Assembly (NCBI RefSeq): GCF_030684315.1
Contig: NC_081365.1
Span: 62,054,481-62,118,480 of the forward strand
Source of the DNA: Stegostoma tigrinum
Lineage: Eukaryota
Length of the DNA: 64,000 nucleotides
Reading direction: 5' to 3'
The notes beneath the pieces are model-generated. The model searched no databases. It was not told the origin of the DNA and saw only the letters and a list, made by a program, of their open reading frames with translations. The translations under genes were made by a program, and so were the position numbers. Shown piece by piece: positions 37,650 to 48,949 of this stretch; position 1 is the stretch's first letter; each line of letters opens with the position of its first letter.

Positions 37650-39835
37650 GTCCATGCTGACCAGATATACTAAATTAATCCAGTCTCATTTGCGAGCATT
37701 TGGCCCATATCCCGCTAAACCCTTCCTATTTATACACCCATCCTGATGCCTTTTCAATGTTGTAATTGTACCAGTCCCTACCATTTCCTTTGGCAGTTCA
37801 TTCCATTCAAACACCACCCGCTGTATGAAAAAGTTGCCCCTTATGTCCCTTTTTAAATCTCTCCTCTCTCAACCAGAACTATACCCTCTAGTTTTGGACT
37901 TCCCTACCCTGGAGAAAAGGCCTTCAATATTCATCCTACCCATGCCCCTCAAGATTTTATAAAACTCTGTAAGGTCCCCTCTCAGCCTCTGACACTCCAT
38001 GGAAAATAGCCCCAGCCTATCCAACCTCTCCATATATCTCAAACCCTCCAACTGGGCAACATACTTGCAAATCTTTTCTGAATCTGTTCAAGTTTAACAA
38101 CATCTTCCTTGAACAGGGGGCAAGAATTGAATATAGTATTACAAAAGTGGCCTAACCAATGTCCCGTAGAGCTGAAACACGACCTCCCAACTCCTACGGT
38201 CAAGGCACTGATCAATAGAAGCAAGCATACCAAACACCTTCTTCACTATCCTGTCTACCTGTGACTCCATTTTCAGGGAACTATGAACCTGCACTCCAAG
38301 ATCCATTTGTTTGTCAATACTCCCCAGAACCTTATTGTTAAGTGTGTAAGTTCTGCCCTGGTTTGCCTTTCCAAAATGTTGCACCTGACATTTATCTAGA
38401 TTAAACCCCATCTGCCACTCTTGGTCCATTGGCCCATCTGAACTAGGTCCCATTGTACTCCTGAGGTAACCCTCTTCACTGTCTGCTACATCACCAATTT
38501 TGGTGTCATCTGCAAACTTACTAACCATACCTCCTACTTCATATCCAAATCATTTGTATAAATGACTGAAAGCAGTGGACCCAGCTCTGATCCCTGCAGC
38601 TCACCAATGCTCACAGGGCTCCAGGCCAAAAAGCAATCCCCCACCACTACCTTTCAGACAATTTTGTACCCAACTGGCTGGTTCTCCCTGGATTCCATGT
38701 GATTTAGCCTGTTAACCAATCTACCATGTGGAGCCTTGTTGAACACTTTACTGAAGTTAATACAGACCACGCTGACTTCATTGATCCTTTCTATCATTTC
38801 TTCAAAAAGCTCAATCAAGTTAGTAAGGCACAATTTCCCAAGCACAAAGCCATGTTGACTATCTTTAGTCAGTTCTTGCCTTTCCAAATACACATAAATC
38901 CTGTGCAAGGAATCACTCCGACAACCTCTCAACCACTGATGTCAGGCTCAGCGGTCTATAGTTCCCTGGCTTTTCATTACCACTTTTCTTAAATATGGCA
39001 TCACGTCAGCCAACCTCCAGCCATCTAGTACCTCATCTGTGGCTATCGATGATACAAATATGTCAGTTAATGGTCCAGCAATCACTTCCCCAGCTTCCTA
39101 CAAAGTTTTGGGGTTCACCTGCTCCAGTCCCAGGGAATTATCCACCTTTATGCATTTTAAGAGACCCAGCACTTTCTCCTCTATAACACAGAAACTTTTG
39201 AAGATACCACTAAATATTTCCCCAAGCTCTGTAGCTTCCATCTCCTTTTCCACAGTGAACATTGATGCAGAATTTTTGTTGAATATCTCCCCCCATCTCC
39301 TGTGGTTCCAAGCGTAAGTGGCCTTGCTGATTTTTAAGGGGTACTATTCTCTCCCTCGTTACTCTTTTATCTTTAATGTATTTGAAGAATCCCTTTGGAT
39401 TCCCCTTAACTCTATTTGAAAAAGCAATATCATGTCCCCCTTTTGCCCTCCTGATTTCCCTCTTGTGTATACTCCTACTGCTGTTATACTCCTCTTGGGT
39501 TTCACTTGATCACTGCTGTCTGTACCTGACAAATACTTCCTTCTTTTTCTTGATCAGAACCTCAATTTCTCTAGTCATCGACACTCTCTATACATAACAG
39601 CCTTGCTCTTCAACCTAACAGGCACGTACTGTCCCTGGACTCTCTTTATCTCATTTTTGAAAGCTTTCCACTCTTCAGCCATCCATTTACCTGAAAATTT
39701 CCACCCCCAATGAACTTTAGAAAATTTTTCCCTAATAAAATCAACATTGACCTTTCTCAAATCTTGAACATTAATTTTAGATTGGGTCTATCTTTTCACA
39801 TAACTATTTTAAAACTAGTAGAATTATGATCACGT
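37650..39835 (-). mobile_element. CR1 LINE, ~2.2 kb degenerate ORF2
   Basis: SKFADDTKIG, QHGFVLGKLCLTNLIELF and RLRGDL fragments; a separate plus-strand piece lies at ~37225-37545. Confidence 0.88.
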
Positions 39836-40559
39836 GCCTCAAAGGGCTCTCCCACTGACATCTTACTCACCTGTCTGCCTTATTTCCCAAACTTCTTATC
39901 TACTAAAATTGTGGTTACCTCACTCCATATGTGGGTTTGTGAGTGCTGAGAGCTGGACACAAAGCATCACTTTCAAATTCAGCCTTACTCCCATCTCTCT
40001 GTGGGCTTTCCTCCTCTTCTGAAAAGGTTAGACACTGGGAATCTGATTGAGAAAATTATTCCTGAGGTCCTGACACCGGGAGCAAAAGAGCAACTGGTGC
40101 AATTGTTGCTGAGAATCAAAGTTTTAATAAAAAAGGGAAAGAGAAACAATCAAGAAATAATTAATAGAAACTTACTCGAGCATTGGTATGTCCTTTAAAT
40201 GATTTTTTATAGAAAGGAATTGCCAAGTATCCCAGGCTCATCTCACATGAGCATAGTTAAGAACAGGACAGAAATCAGAGTTAAAGTTTGAGGTGGAGTG
40301 ATCCAGTTTCTGATGAAGGGTCACTGAACCTGATTTCTCTTCACAGATGCTGCTAGACTTGTTGAGCTTTTCCAGCAGCTTCTGTTTTTTGTTTCCTCAT
40401 CACTACATAGTTGTGCACCAGCGTAGCTTAAAGGGAACATTGGTGTGTGACCATGCCCAACCCACCCTCATCTTGACAGCATTCATAGTCCATTTATTCC
40501 AAGCCAGTTTGCTGATTCAGCTATCTTCCCACCACTATGTTAAACCAGAGGTACAGCAG

Positions 40560-40910
40560 CTCGTCATCAAGAGTTGTCCACACTACACATGGTGCTACCT
40601 CCTCTCCACACGCCAACATATGGCCAGCATTCATGAGACAGCAATGCTGCCTTGGGTAAATTTGAGGAAAATTTCAGGTGGGGTTATCTCTGAACAATTC
40701 TATTTCCTCAATGTTTTTGAAGGAAGCCATTGGTACTTCAGTGAAGCAAAAATCTTGCTTTGTGGTGGTCTGTTGCATTCTCCATAACCTGGGAATTAAG
40801 ACAGTCCAGCTCCTGCTAACAATGCAAGTGGTAAAGGGAGGAGGAACGGGAGGAGAAGAAAGGTACAAGGCAGCCAGCACATGCACACTCTACATGAGGA
40901 TTGGTTAGAC
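40560..40910 (+). mobile_element. possible PIF/Harbinger transposase remnant
   Basis: FVVVCCILHNL resembles the Harbinger C-terminal CCxLHN motif; a possible second remnant on minus at ~56800-57100. Confidence 0.35.
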
Positions 40911-42149
40911 CTCAGTTCTACTGAATGGAACACCACTACACAACAGTTCTAAACATTACCATTCGTCTCTGATGGAGGAGTCTAGTGTTCTTTTAGCTAC
41001 TATCCTGAAATAAAAGCCACCATGAAGAAACTATTTAATACCAACCAAATCCAACACTAACATTCCAGTATAGTGCTCAACTTCTTGTCACTTATTTGCT
41101 GTCCTTCCTGTGCCTTTGCCCAGCCTGGTGCTTCTAAGAGGTCACTAGGGTAGCACTGCAGGCATAACTGGTAAAAGACCACTGATTTTCAGCAGAGTAG
41201 GATGCAAATGGAGGAGGACCTGAGGCACCTCTGAGGCTTGAAGGCCTGGATTTGAACTGCACCAACTTGGCATAGTTTTCAACATCTGGGCTGGCTGACT
41301 GACTCACTGGCAATAACATGAGTACAAGCACAGAGGCTGTCATGAGAATTGGAATACTATCACCCTTTCAGAGGATACGGCAGTACACCAGGGAAGGAAA
41401 TGAGGGATTTAGTAAATTAGTTTCATGACAAATTTGTTGGAATGAAAACCTGGAAGCATTTATTTAAGTGAAGTCCAGGTGTGGTAGCTCCAGGAAGATG
41501 CTAGCGAAATTCCAGTTTATAAGTTGAATTCACATGTGACTTAAACTTACCGTGGTGTTAGATACAAGGATTCCAGGGTGAGCATTATAGGAGTCATGTT
41601 TTTGAGAACTGTAACAGGAGTGGAATTTTAGGACCTGTGCCGAGGTGGTGTTTTAGGTACTACACGAAAGCTGCTTAGTTTTTCAGTTTAGAAAGTAGTT
41701 TTCTGGGATTAATGGGATTACACTTTTACTGTACGCTTAAAACCTTTCCATTTGTATTGGAAGTAGAAAGCTTGGATTATTTTGTTATGTCCTCCTTTCC
41801 TTCATAGTAAACATGGATTTTGTTGTTAAAGCAAAATCTGCCACATTGCCTATTTACACTTCAGTGATATAAACACTAGTAAAATAATGATCTCTGAAGC
41901 TGGGTTCTGACCTGTCTAGTGATAACTCAACTGCGACCAAACCGTGGTCCCAGCGCCCTGTGTCTACTGACTCACTGTGTCTGTGTTAGTCTCAGTTGGG
42001 GCCCTCTGAGGTTTTCCGAGTGCTTGTGATGATGGTTCTGCCGTATCAGCCCACTTCACCATTAGCTTGTCAGGCAGCAATTCTTTTACATTTTGGAAGT
42101 ATAAATTCAGAAGATGCAGATCAATGTGATTGAAGGGAGGGGAAGTTAC

Positions 42150-42805
42150 TTAGGGTTATACAGCACAGAAACAGACCTTTGGTTAATCCCAACAATGCCA
42201 ACCAAGCTTCCCAGTCTCAACTACCTGCACTTGGCCCTTATTCTAAAGCTTTCTTTTTCACGCACCTGTCCAAATGTCTATTAATGTTGTACCTGTACTT
42301 GCATCTACCATTACATCTGACAATTCATTCCAAATACAAACCACCCTCTATGTGAAAACATTGCCATTCAGGTTCCTTTTAAATCTTTCTCCGACCTTAA
42401 AAATATGCCCTCCGGTTTTGAACTCCCCTACCCTGGGGAAAAGGCCTTGGCTATTCACCCTATCTATGCCCCCTCATGATTTTATAAACCTCTATAAGGT
42501 TACTCCTTAACCTCCTATGCGCTACAGAAAAAAAATCCCTGCTTTTCATAGTGACATACAGCATAGAAATTGAGCTTTTGGTCCAAATTGTCCATGCTGA
42601 CCAAGTGTCACAAACTGAACTGGTCCCACTTGTCTGCTCCTCCAGTCCTCATAATGTCTTTGGAAATCTTTTTTGCACTCTATCAATTAATAACATCCTT
42701 CCTATTGCAGGATGACCAGAATTGCACACAGTACTCTAAAAGTGGTCTCACCAACGTATTGTACAACTGCAACAGAATGTCCCAGTTTCTGTACTTAATG
42801 CTCTG
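42150..42805 (-). mobile_element. CR1 LINE 3' fragments
   Basis: Similar to 29320-29900. Confidence 0.75.
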
Positions 42806-42987
42806 GGCGACGGAAGTTGGAAGTCAGAGAGGTACCAGAACACATAACATGTGCGAGTGTGCAAGGCCGGTTCAGCATTTCCTTACAAACAAAAACAACA
42901 TTCAATGGCAAGGGGGCAGACATGAGTCAGTAAGAACATTAGGCCGTGGGCATATTCTGGTGAAAAAAAAGACACATATGAAGGATT

Positions 42988-43130
42988 AGAGATAATGGGA
43001 ACTGCAGATGCTGGAGAATTCCAAGATAATAAAATGTGAGGCTGGATGAACACAGCAGGCCAAGCAGCATCTCAGGAGCACAATGAGATGCTGCTTGGCC
43101 TGCTGTGTTCATCCAGCCTCACATTTTATT
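42988..43130. mobile_element. fold-back PLE-terminus insertion with 14-bp TSD
   Basis: Near-perfect ~47-bp inverted arms; acatatgaaggatt at 42974-42987 and 43131-43144. Confidence 0.85.
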
Positions 43131-43726
43131 ACATATGAAGGATTGACTGTTAGCAATCCAGGGGGAGCCATTCCCCCCCCACCCCCATTTTTTCTAACCA
43201 ACCTGTTGAGCGATGTTATTACACACCGTCTGCCTGTAGGGTTTAGCACGTCATCATCCCTGCCCTTCTGGTTAACTGGTGCCATTTGTCTGGGGCTTTG
43301 AAATTTTGCATAATCTTACCCGGAAAACACGACGAATTAAAGAGACATCCTTACTGTAAACTGTTGTATTACCAATGCCTCATTCATGCTGCATTTTGTT
43401 TTGGTCTGATACCTATTTTTACCTCGTTAAATGATGTTTCATCTCAAAGACTCATCAAGTGCTGTCATTAAGACTACACCTTAACACGTGTATCCAAGAA
43501 AAGATCCAGCCCCAAAGTGTAAAGTAAGGTTTGGGTGAGGGACCATTGCCAGGAAGTTATTTTTACATGGCTCTCATCAACAGTTACTGCCGAATCATCT
43601 TCAATTGCGAAAATACGCACATTACTGAATATTGGTCTCTTTGAGGCTCGTACCTGTTATTTTGGGACTTTTTTTTGTATTTCTCGAACCGTAGAAGCAA
43701 AGCTCATATTATTAAACAGTAAAAAT

Positions 43727-43826
43727 ACATTTGAAGAAACACTCATCACCCGCAGTTAACCATTGTTTATTTTAGGATCAAAGTGAACAATGCTTAACAA
43801 CGGGAGATGAGTGTTTCTTTAAATGT
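43727..43826. repeat. ~47-bp imperfect inverted repeat (hairpin)
   Basis: acatttgaagaaacactcatcacccg...cattgtttattt / aaagtgaacaatg...cgggagatgagtgtttctttaaatgt. Confidence 0.85.
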
Positions 43827-44429
43827 TTACAGAATGATATTGTCGTTGTATTGGAAAAAGAGAAGCGCAGAAATCATTGCATCAAGTATTACAAGTTAAA
43901 CCTCCAAGGTTCATGTTGAAGATCTGAATATTAGTAGTTCCACGGGACTGGATTGTTCTAGAGAGAATCAGCACGCACAAGATGGGCTTACCAGTCTCGC
44001 TCTGTGCCACAATGGGTGTAACGTCGGAGATTTTCCTGTGAGTTAAGTACAGCGAAATTCTAAACCAGCTTTCGTTATGCAGCGGGGAGCTGAAACTTTT
44101 CTCCGATTGAAGGACATACGCATTTGGACACAGAACCTTTCAGAAAACTAAAAAAAATCTTCCGCACAGAAATAATTTGGATTACCCAAGGGTATTATTA
44201 TTATTTGATAGAGGGTCTTATTTAGAACCTTCCTTATGAGATGTCAGATTCAGTTCCAGCATGAGGATGGTACACATTAGCGCCCTCGTTGTGTCAGGAT
44301 ATATGCCAACACCGCCGTGTGCGTTACATCGAGTTTACAGCATGGAGACAGGCCATTCAGTCCCACAGGTCATTGATGGGGTTTATGCTGCACACAAGCC
44401 AGCCTCCTTCATTTTATCCCATCAACAAC

Positions 44430-46880
44430 TTCTCCTCGGTGTCCGCTGACACAGCATCAAGCAGCGAGAACAAGAGGTAAGGGTCGGAGAAAGTCATCCC
44501 CAGTGCGGACCTTAACTAACCGGGCCCTTGACTTCTTTTTATTGTTGTTTGTATTCCAGTGCGGAACAACATAAGGAGAGATTTGAGAGGCAACCACAAA
44601 CGGAGTCTACTAGCGGAAAGTTTCCCTGCCGGGGACCCCAGTACGAAGGGGCGAGATCACCCTGCTGGAGAGGGACAGCGGTAATGCAGGAAAAGGACTC
44701 CACGATTCGCGATCAAAACTTATCGGCGAGATTGCTTATTTATTGACAAGGCTGCGTGGTGGGACTGAGAACTTGTTTTTCTCTGAAACGCGTGGACCGG
44801 GCAACGGGTCACTTGCAGGATGTTTTAGCGAGGATGGTCTTTCGGAGGCGAAGACGGACGGGAATGGCTTCGTGCGGATTTGAAACCCTCGATACGTGCA
44901 AAGGGAGTGCTGCAACCCCAAGCTGAATTGGCGAAACCCACCCGACTCCCCACCCACCCCTCTCCCATGGTGTACTGTGCCGGAGCTTTTGTCGTCTCCC
45001 CCTCCGGGCTGTCAGCGGGAGTTGGATGTCGAGTCGGGAGCAGGCTGTGAGCTATTTCCTGGCGCTGTCCCCCACACACGGAGAGTCGGTGCTGTCGCAG
45101 TACCAGAGCCTCCGCAATGACAAGCTGCTGTGCGACATCGTGCTGGTGGCCGAAGGCAGCGAGTTCATGGCGCACAGGTCGCTGCTGGCGTGCGCCAGCG
45201 ACTACTTCAGGTCCATGTTCAAGGAGTACACCCGCGAGTCCAAGGCCGGGGTGGTGCACCTGCAAGCGGTGTCGGCCAGCGGCCTGCGCCACGTCCTCGA
45301 CTTCATCTACAACTCGTGCCTGGCGCTGTCCGCCGACAGCCTGCCGCAGACCCTGGAGACGGCCCGCTACCTGCAGGTGCCCGAGGCGGTGCAGCTCTGC
45401 TCCCGCTACCTGGTCAGCAGCCTGAGCCCCGGCGGCTGCTGCCAGGCGGCGAACGTGGCGGCCCGCTTCGCCCTGGCCGACGCGCAGAGGGAGGCCGAGC
45501 TCTACATCGCCTCGCAGCTGCGGCGGCTGCTGGCGGCGGGCGCCGAGCGCAGCGGCCTGCTGGAGCTGAACGCCGAGTCCCTGCGGGCGGTGCTGGAGTG
45601 CGAGCGGCTGGCCGGCCTCCGGGAGAGCCAGCTGCTGGAGCTGCTGCTGGCCTGGCTGGACTGGGAGGAGCCGAGGTGGCAGGCCCAGGCCCAGCGCCTG
45701 CTGCCCGCCCTCCGTTACTGCCTGCTGCCCCCCGGCACGCTCAGCCTCCTGCAGGCCGAGCCGCGGCTCGACCCCGCCGTCCGGCTCCTCGTCTCCGGCG
45801 CCTTGGACTACCACCGGGACGAGGCGGCGCAGCCGGCCCGCCAGAACCGCCAGAGCACGCTGAGGGGCCGGGAGAGGCACCTGCTGGCGGTCGGCGGCTT
45901 GGTGCTGCCCGAGCCCGCCGGGGAGAGCCCGGAGCCCGGGCCGGCAGCTGTCGACCGCCTCTGGGCCCTGAAGCCCAGCACCGGCGAGTGGAGGGAGTTA
46001 GGCCGCTGCCCCAGGCTCCAGCACCATTGCGTGTGCGTCCTGGCCGACTTCCTGTTCGTGCTGGGCGGCGAGGAGCTGGGCGCCGGCGGAGAGGCCAAAC
46101 GCTCCGGCGTCAGGCGGCAGGTCGAGCGTTACGACCCGCGCTTCGACCGCTGGAGCCCGGTGAGCGCCATGGAGAGCCCCCGGGCGCAGTTCGCTTGCTG
46201 CGTGCTGGAAGGCCGCATCCTGGCGCTGGGGGGCCGGGGGGCCGCCTGGCCCTCGTCGTCCCCCGAGGCCTCGCTCTCCTCGGCCGAGATGTACGACCCG
46301 AGCAGCGGCGTGTGGCAGGCCTTGCCCCCGCTGCCGGTGCCGGTGCACGGCCACGCGTGTGCGGTGCACGAAGGCCGCGCCGTGTACGTGTCCGGGGGCC
46401 GCCAGGGAGGCCAGGCGGAGAGCAGCCCGGACATGTTCTCATACCAGGCCGGCGGAGAGGTGTGGGCAAGCTGCCCGCCCATGAGCATCGCCCGCTTCGG
46501 CCATCAGATGGCGGCGGTCGGGCAGCGCCTCTACTCGTTCGTCGGCACCTACGAGCCCTTCTGCGACATCGAGTGCTACGAGCCCCGGCGCCGCCACTGG
46601 CGCCGCCTCAGGCCCCTGCTCGGCTTCGACCGCTCCTGCTATGGCCTGGCCGTCCTCGGCGCCCGCGTCTACCTGGTCGGCGGCAAGAGGTGGCACGACT
46701 CGCGGGAGGTCGCGGCCTCCGAGGCGGTGCTGTACGACACCCGCACCGACAGCTGGAGTGAGGCCGGCAAGCTGCCGCTGCCCCTGTGCGGCACTCAGTG
46801 CGCCATGCTGCAGCTCCTCGACCTGCCCCCCGGCCAGGGCAGCGACCTGGGCCTGCACTCTTTGTAATGTTCACCGCCGC
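44430..46880. promoter_or_regulatory. CpG island covering the KLHL34 upstream region and entire CDS
   Basis: Very high GC and CpG density relative to the AT-rich flanks. Confidence 0.8.
45026..46867 (+). CDS. KLHL34: Kelch-like protein 34 (BTB-BACK-Kelch), 613 aa, uninterrupted ORF
   Basis: BTB (LCDIVLVAEGSEFMAHRSLLACASDYFRSMF), BACK domain and GG-Y-W Kelch repeats. SYFL start region, AANVAARF and GLLELN match recalled KLHL34. Lies between SMPX and CNKSR2 as in human. Confidence 0.93.
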   Translation: MSSREQAVSYFLALSPTHGESVLSQYQSLRNDKLLCDIVLVAEGSEFMAHRSLLACASDYFRSMFKEYTRESKAGVVHLQAVSASGLRHVLDFIYNSCLALSADSLPQTLETARYLQVPEAVQLCSRYLVSSLSPGGCCQAANVAARFALADAQREAELYIASQLRRLLAAGAERSGLLELNAESLRAVLECERLAGLRESQLLELLLAWLDWEEPRWQAQAQRLLPALRYCLLPPGTLSLLQAEPRLDPAVRLLVSGALDYHRDEAAQPARQNRQSTLRGRERHLLAVGGLVLPEPAGESPEPGPAAVDRLWALKPSTGEWRELGRCPRLQHHCVCVLADFLFVLGGEELGAGGEAKRSGVRRQVERYDPRFDRWSPVSAMESPRAQFACCVLEGRILALGGRGAAWPSSSPEASLSSAEMYDPSSGVWQALPPLPVPVHGHACAVHEGRAVYVSGGRQGGQAESSPDMFSYQAGGEVWASCPPMSIARFGHQMAAVGQRLYSFVGTYEPFCDIECYEPRRRHWRRLRPLLGFDRSCYGLAVLGARVYLVGGKRWHDSREVAASEAVLYDTRTDSWSEAGKLPLPLCGTQCAMLQLLDLPPGQGSDLGLHSL

Positions 46881-48307
46881 CCCCCCCCCCAACCCCCACT
46901 CTCCCCCCCACCCCCACCCCCACTCTCCCCCCCACCCCCACCCCCTCCCCCCCACCCCCACTCTCCCCCCCCACCCCCACCCCCACTCTCCCCCCCCACC
47001 CCCACCCCCACTCTCCCCCCACCCCCACTCTCCCCCCACCCCCACTCTCCCCCCACCCCCACTCTCCCCCCACCCCCACTCTCCCCCCACTACACACTCT
47101 CCCCCCACACACACTACACACTCCCCAACACACTCTTCCCCCCCACACACTACACACACACTCCCCCCCACACACACTACACACACACTGGCCCCCACAC
47201 ACACTACACACTCCCCCCCAACACACTACACACACACTCCCCCCCCCCACACACTACACACACACTCCCCCCCCCCCCACACACTACACACACACTCCCC
47301 CCCACACACACTACACACTCCCCCCCCACACACACTACACACTCCCCCCCCCACACACACTACACACTCCCTCCCCACACACACTACACACTCTCCCCCC
47401 ACACACTACACACTCTTTCCCCCCCACACGCTACACACTCCCCCCCAACACACTACACACTCCCCCCCCCACACACTGCACACTCCCCCCCCCCACACAC
47501 TGCACACTCCCCCCCCCACACACTGCACACTCCCCCCCCCCACACACTGCACACTCCCCTCCCACCACACACTGCACACTCCCCCCCCCACCACACACTG
47601 CACACTCCCCCCCCACACACTGCACACTAACCCCCCCACACACTGCACACTCTTCCCCCCCCACACACTGCACACTCTTCCCCCCCCCACACACTACACA
47701 CTCTTCCCCCCCACACACTACACACTTTCCCCACACCACACACTACACACACACTCCCCCCAACACACTACACACACACTTCCCCCCCCCACACACTACA
47801 CACTCCCCCCCACACACTACACACTCCCCCCCACACACTACACACTCCCCCCCCCCCCACACACACACTACACACTCCCACCCACACACAACACACTTCG
47901 CCCCCCCATACACTACACATTCCCCTCCACACACGACACACTCCCCCCCCACACACGACACACTCCCCCCCCCACACATGACACACTCCCCCCCCACACA
48001 CGACACACTCTCCCCCCCCCCACACACGACACACTCTCCCCCCCACACACACGACACACTCCCCCCAACACACGACACACTCCCCCCAACACACACTACA
48101 CACTGCCCCCAACACACTACATGCTCCCCCCAACCCTCACTACACACCCCCCAACCCACACCACATACTTCCCCCCCCCCAACACTACACACCCCCAACC
48201 CACACACCCCCCAACCAACACCCCCCCACACTGCACTTCCACACACCTGACACCGCACTTCCACACACTCCCACGCTCGGTATCCACACACACCCCCACA
48301 CTACATA
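46876..48307. repeat. C/A-rich minisatellite (ccccactctcccc, then cacacactacacactcccc variants)
   Basis: Directly visible tandem low-complexity array. Confidence 0.95.
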
Positions 48308-48401
48308 GGTCTGGGTGGGATGCTTCAAGGTGTGGTGTGGACTTGGGCCGAAGGGTCTGTTTGCACACTGTAGGGAATCTAATCGAATCTAATCTAATCC
48401 C
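48308..48401 (+). mobile_element. short CR1-type 3' tail insertion with probable TSD
   Basis: gggccgaagggtctgttt...(aatct)n tail; flanks cacccccacactacata / cacccccatactacata (low-complexity context weakens this). Confidence 0.6.
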
Positions 48402-48943
48402 CACCCCCATACTACATATCAACATCCCCCTTCCCTCCCACACTACATATCCTCATCCACCAACCCCCCGTACTACGAAGCCACATCCTTGACTCCCCCC
48501 GACTACAAACCACATCCTGGACCATCCCCACTGCATAGAGGCATCTCTGATCCCCCCCCCACCACTACATTGCCACGTTCCCTGACATCGTCACTGCACA
48601 TCCACATCTCCAACCTCCCTCTACATATCTGCATCTCTATCTCTGATTAGGTTTGAAACATATAAAGAACAGGGAGCTCTCGGCTTCCAGTGAGCCCTCC
48701 TTTCAACACCAATCACCCACATATTAAGAAAATAACTAGAGGTCGACATACTCTTAAACTGGACGCCCCAGAGCAAACCTTTGCTCCTGCAATAGTAGAT
48801 AACCACTCCCCGTTCATGTCTCGGCCCCATTAACCTGCAGTGCTGCCTCCATGAGTCTGATTTGTTGGCGGTCTCGTCACCTCAGGAAGCAACGTGTCAC
48901 TCTTCTCTGCAATAATCATGCAAGTTTAAGTGAGTGCAAATTA

Positions 48944-48949
48944 AATAAA
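48944..48949 (+). terminator. candidate KLHL34 polyadenylation signal
   Basis: First AATAAA I could find downstream of the KLHL34 stop. Confidence 0.35.

Noticed and set aside
44825-46858. Long alternative-frame and antisense ORFs over KLHL34 (543 aa, 351 aa and others)
   Set aside because: Expected from stop-codon scarcity in very GC-rich coding DNA; Arg/Gly/Pro/Ala-rich with no domain.
46608-48492. Pro/His/Thr-rich and Gly/Val/Cys-rich ORFs up to 568 aa
   Set aside because: Translations of the C/A satellite.
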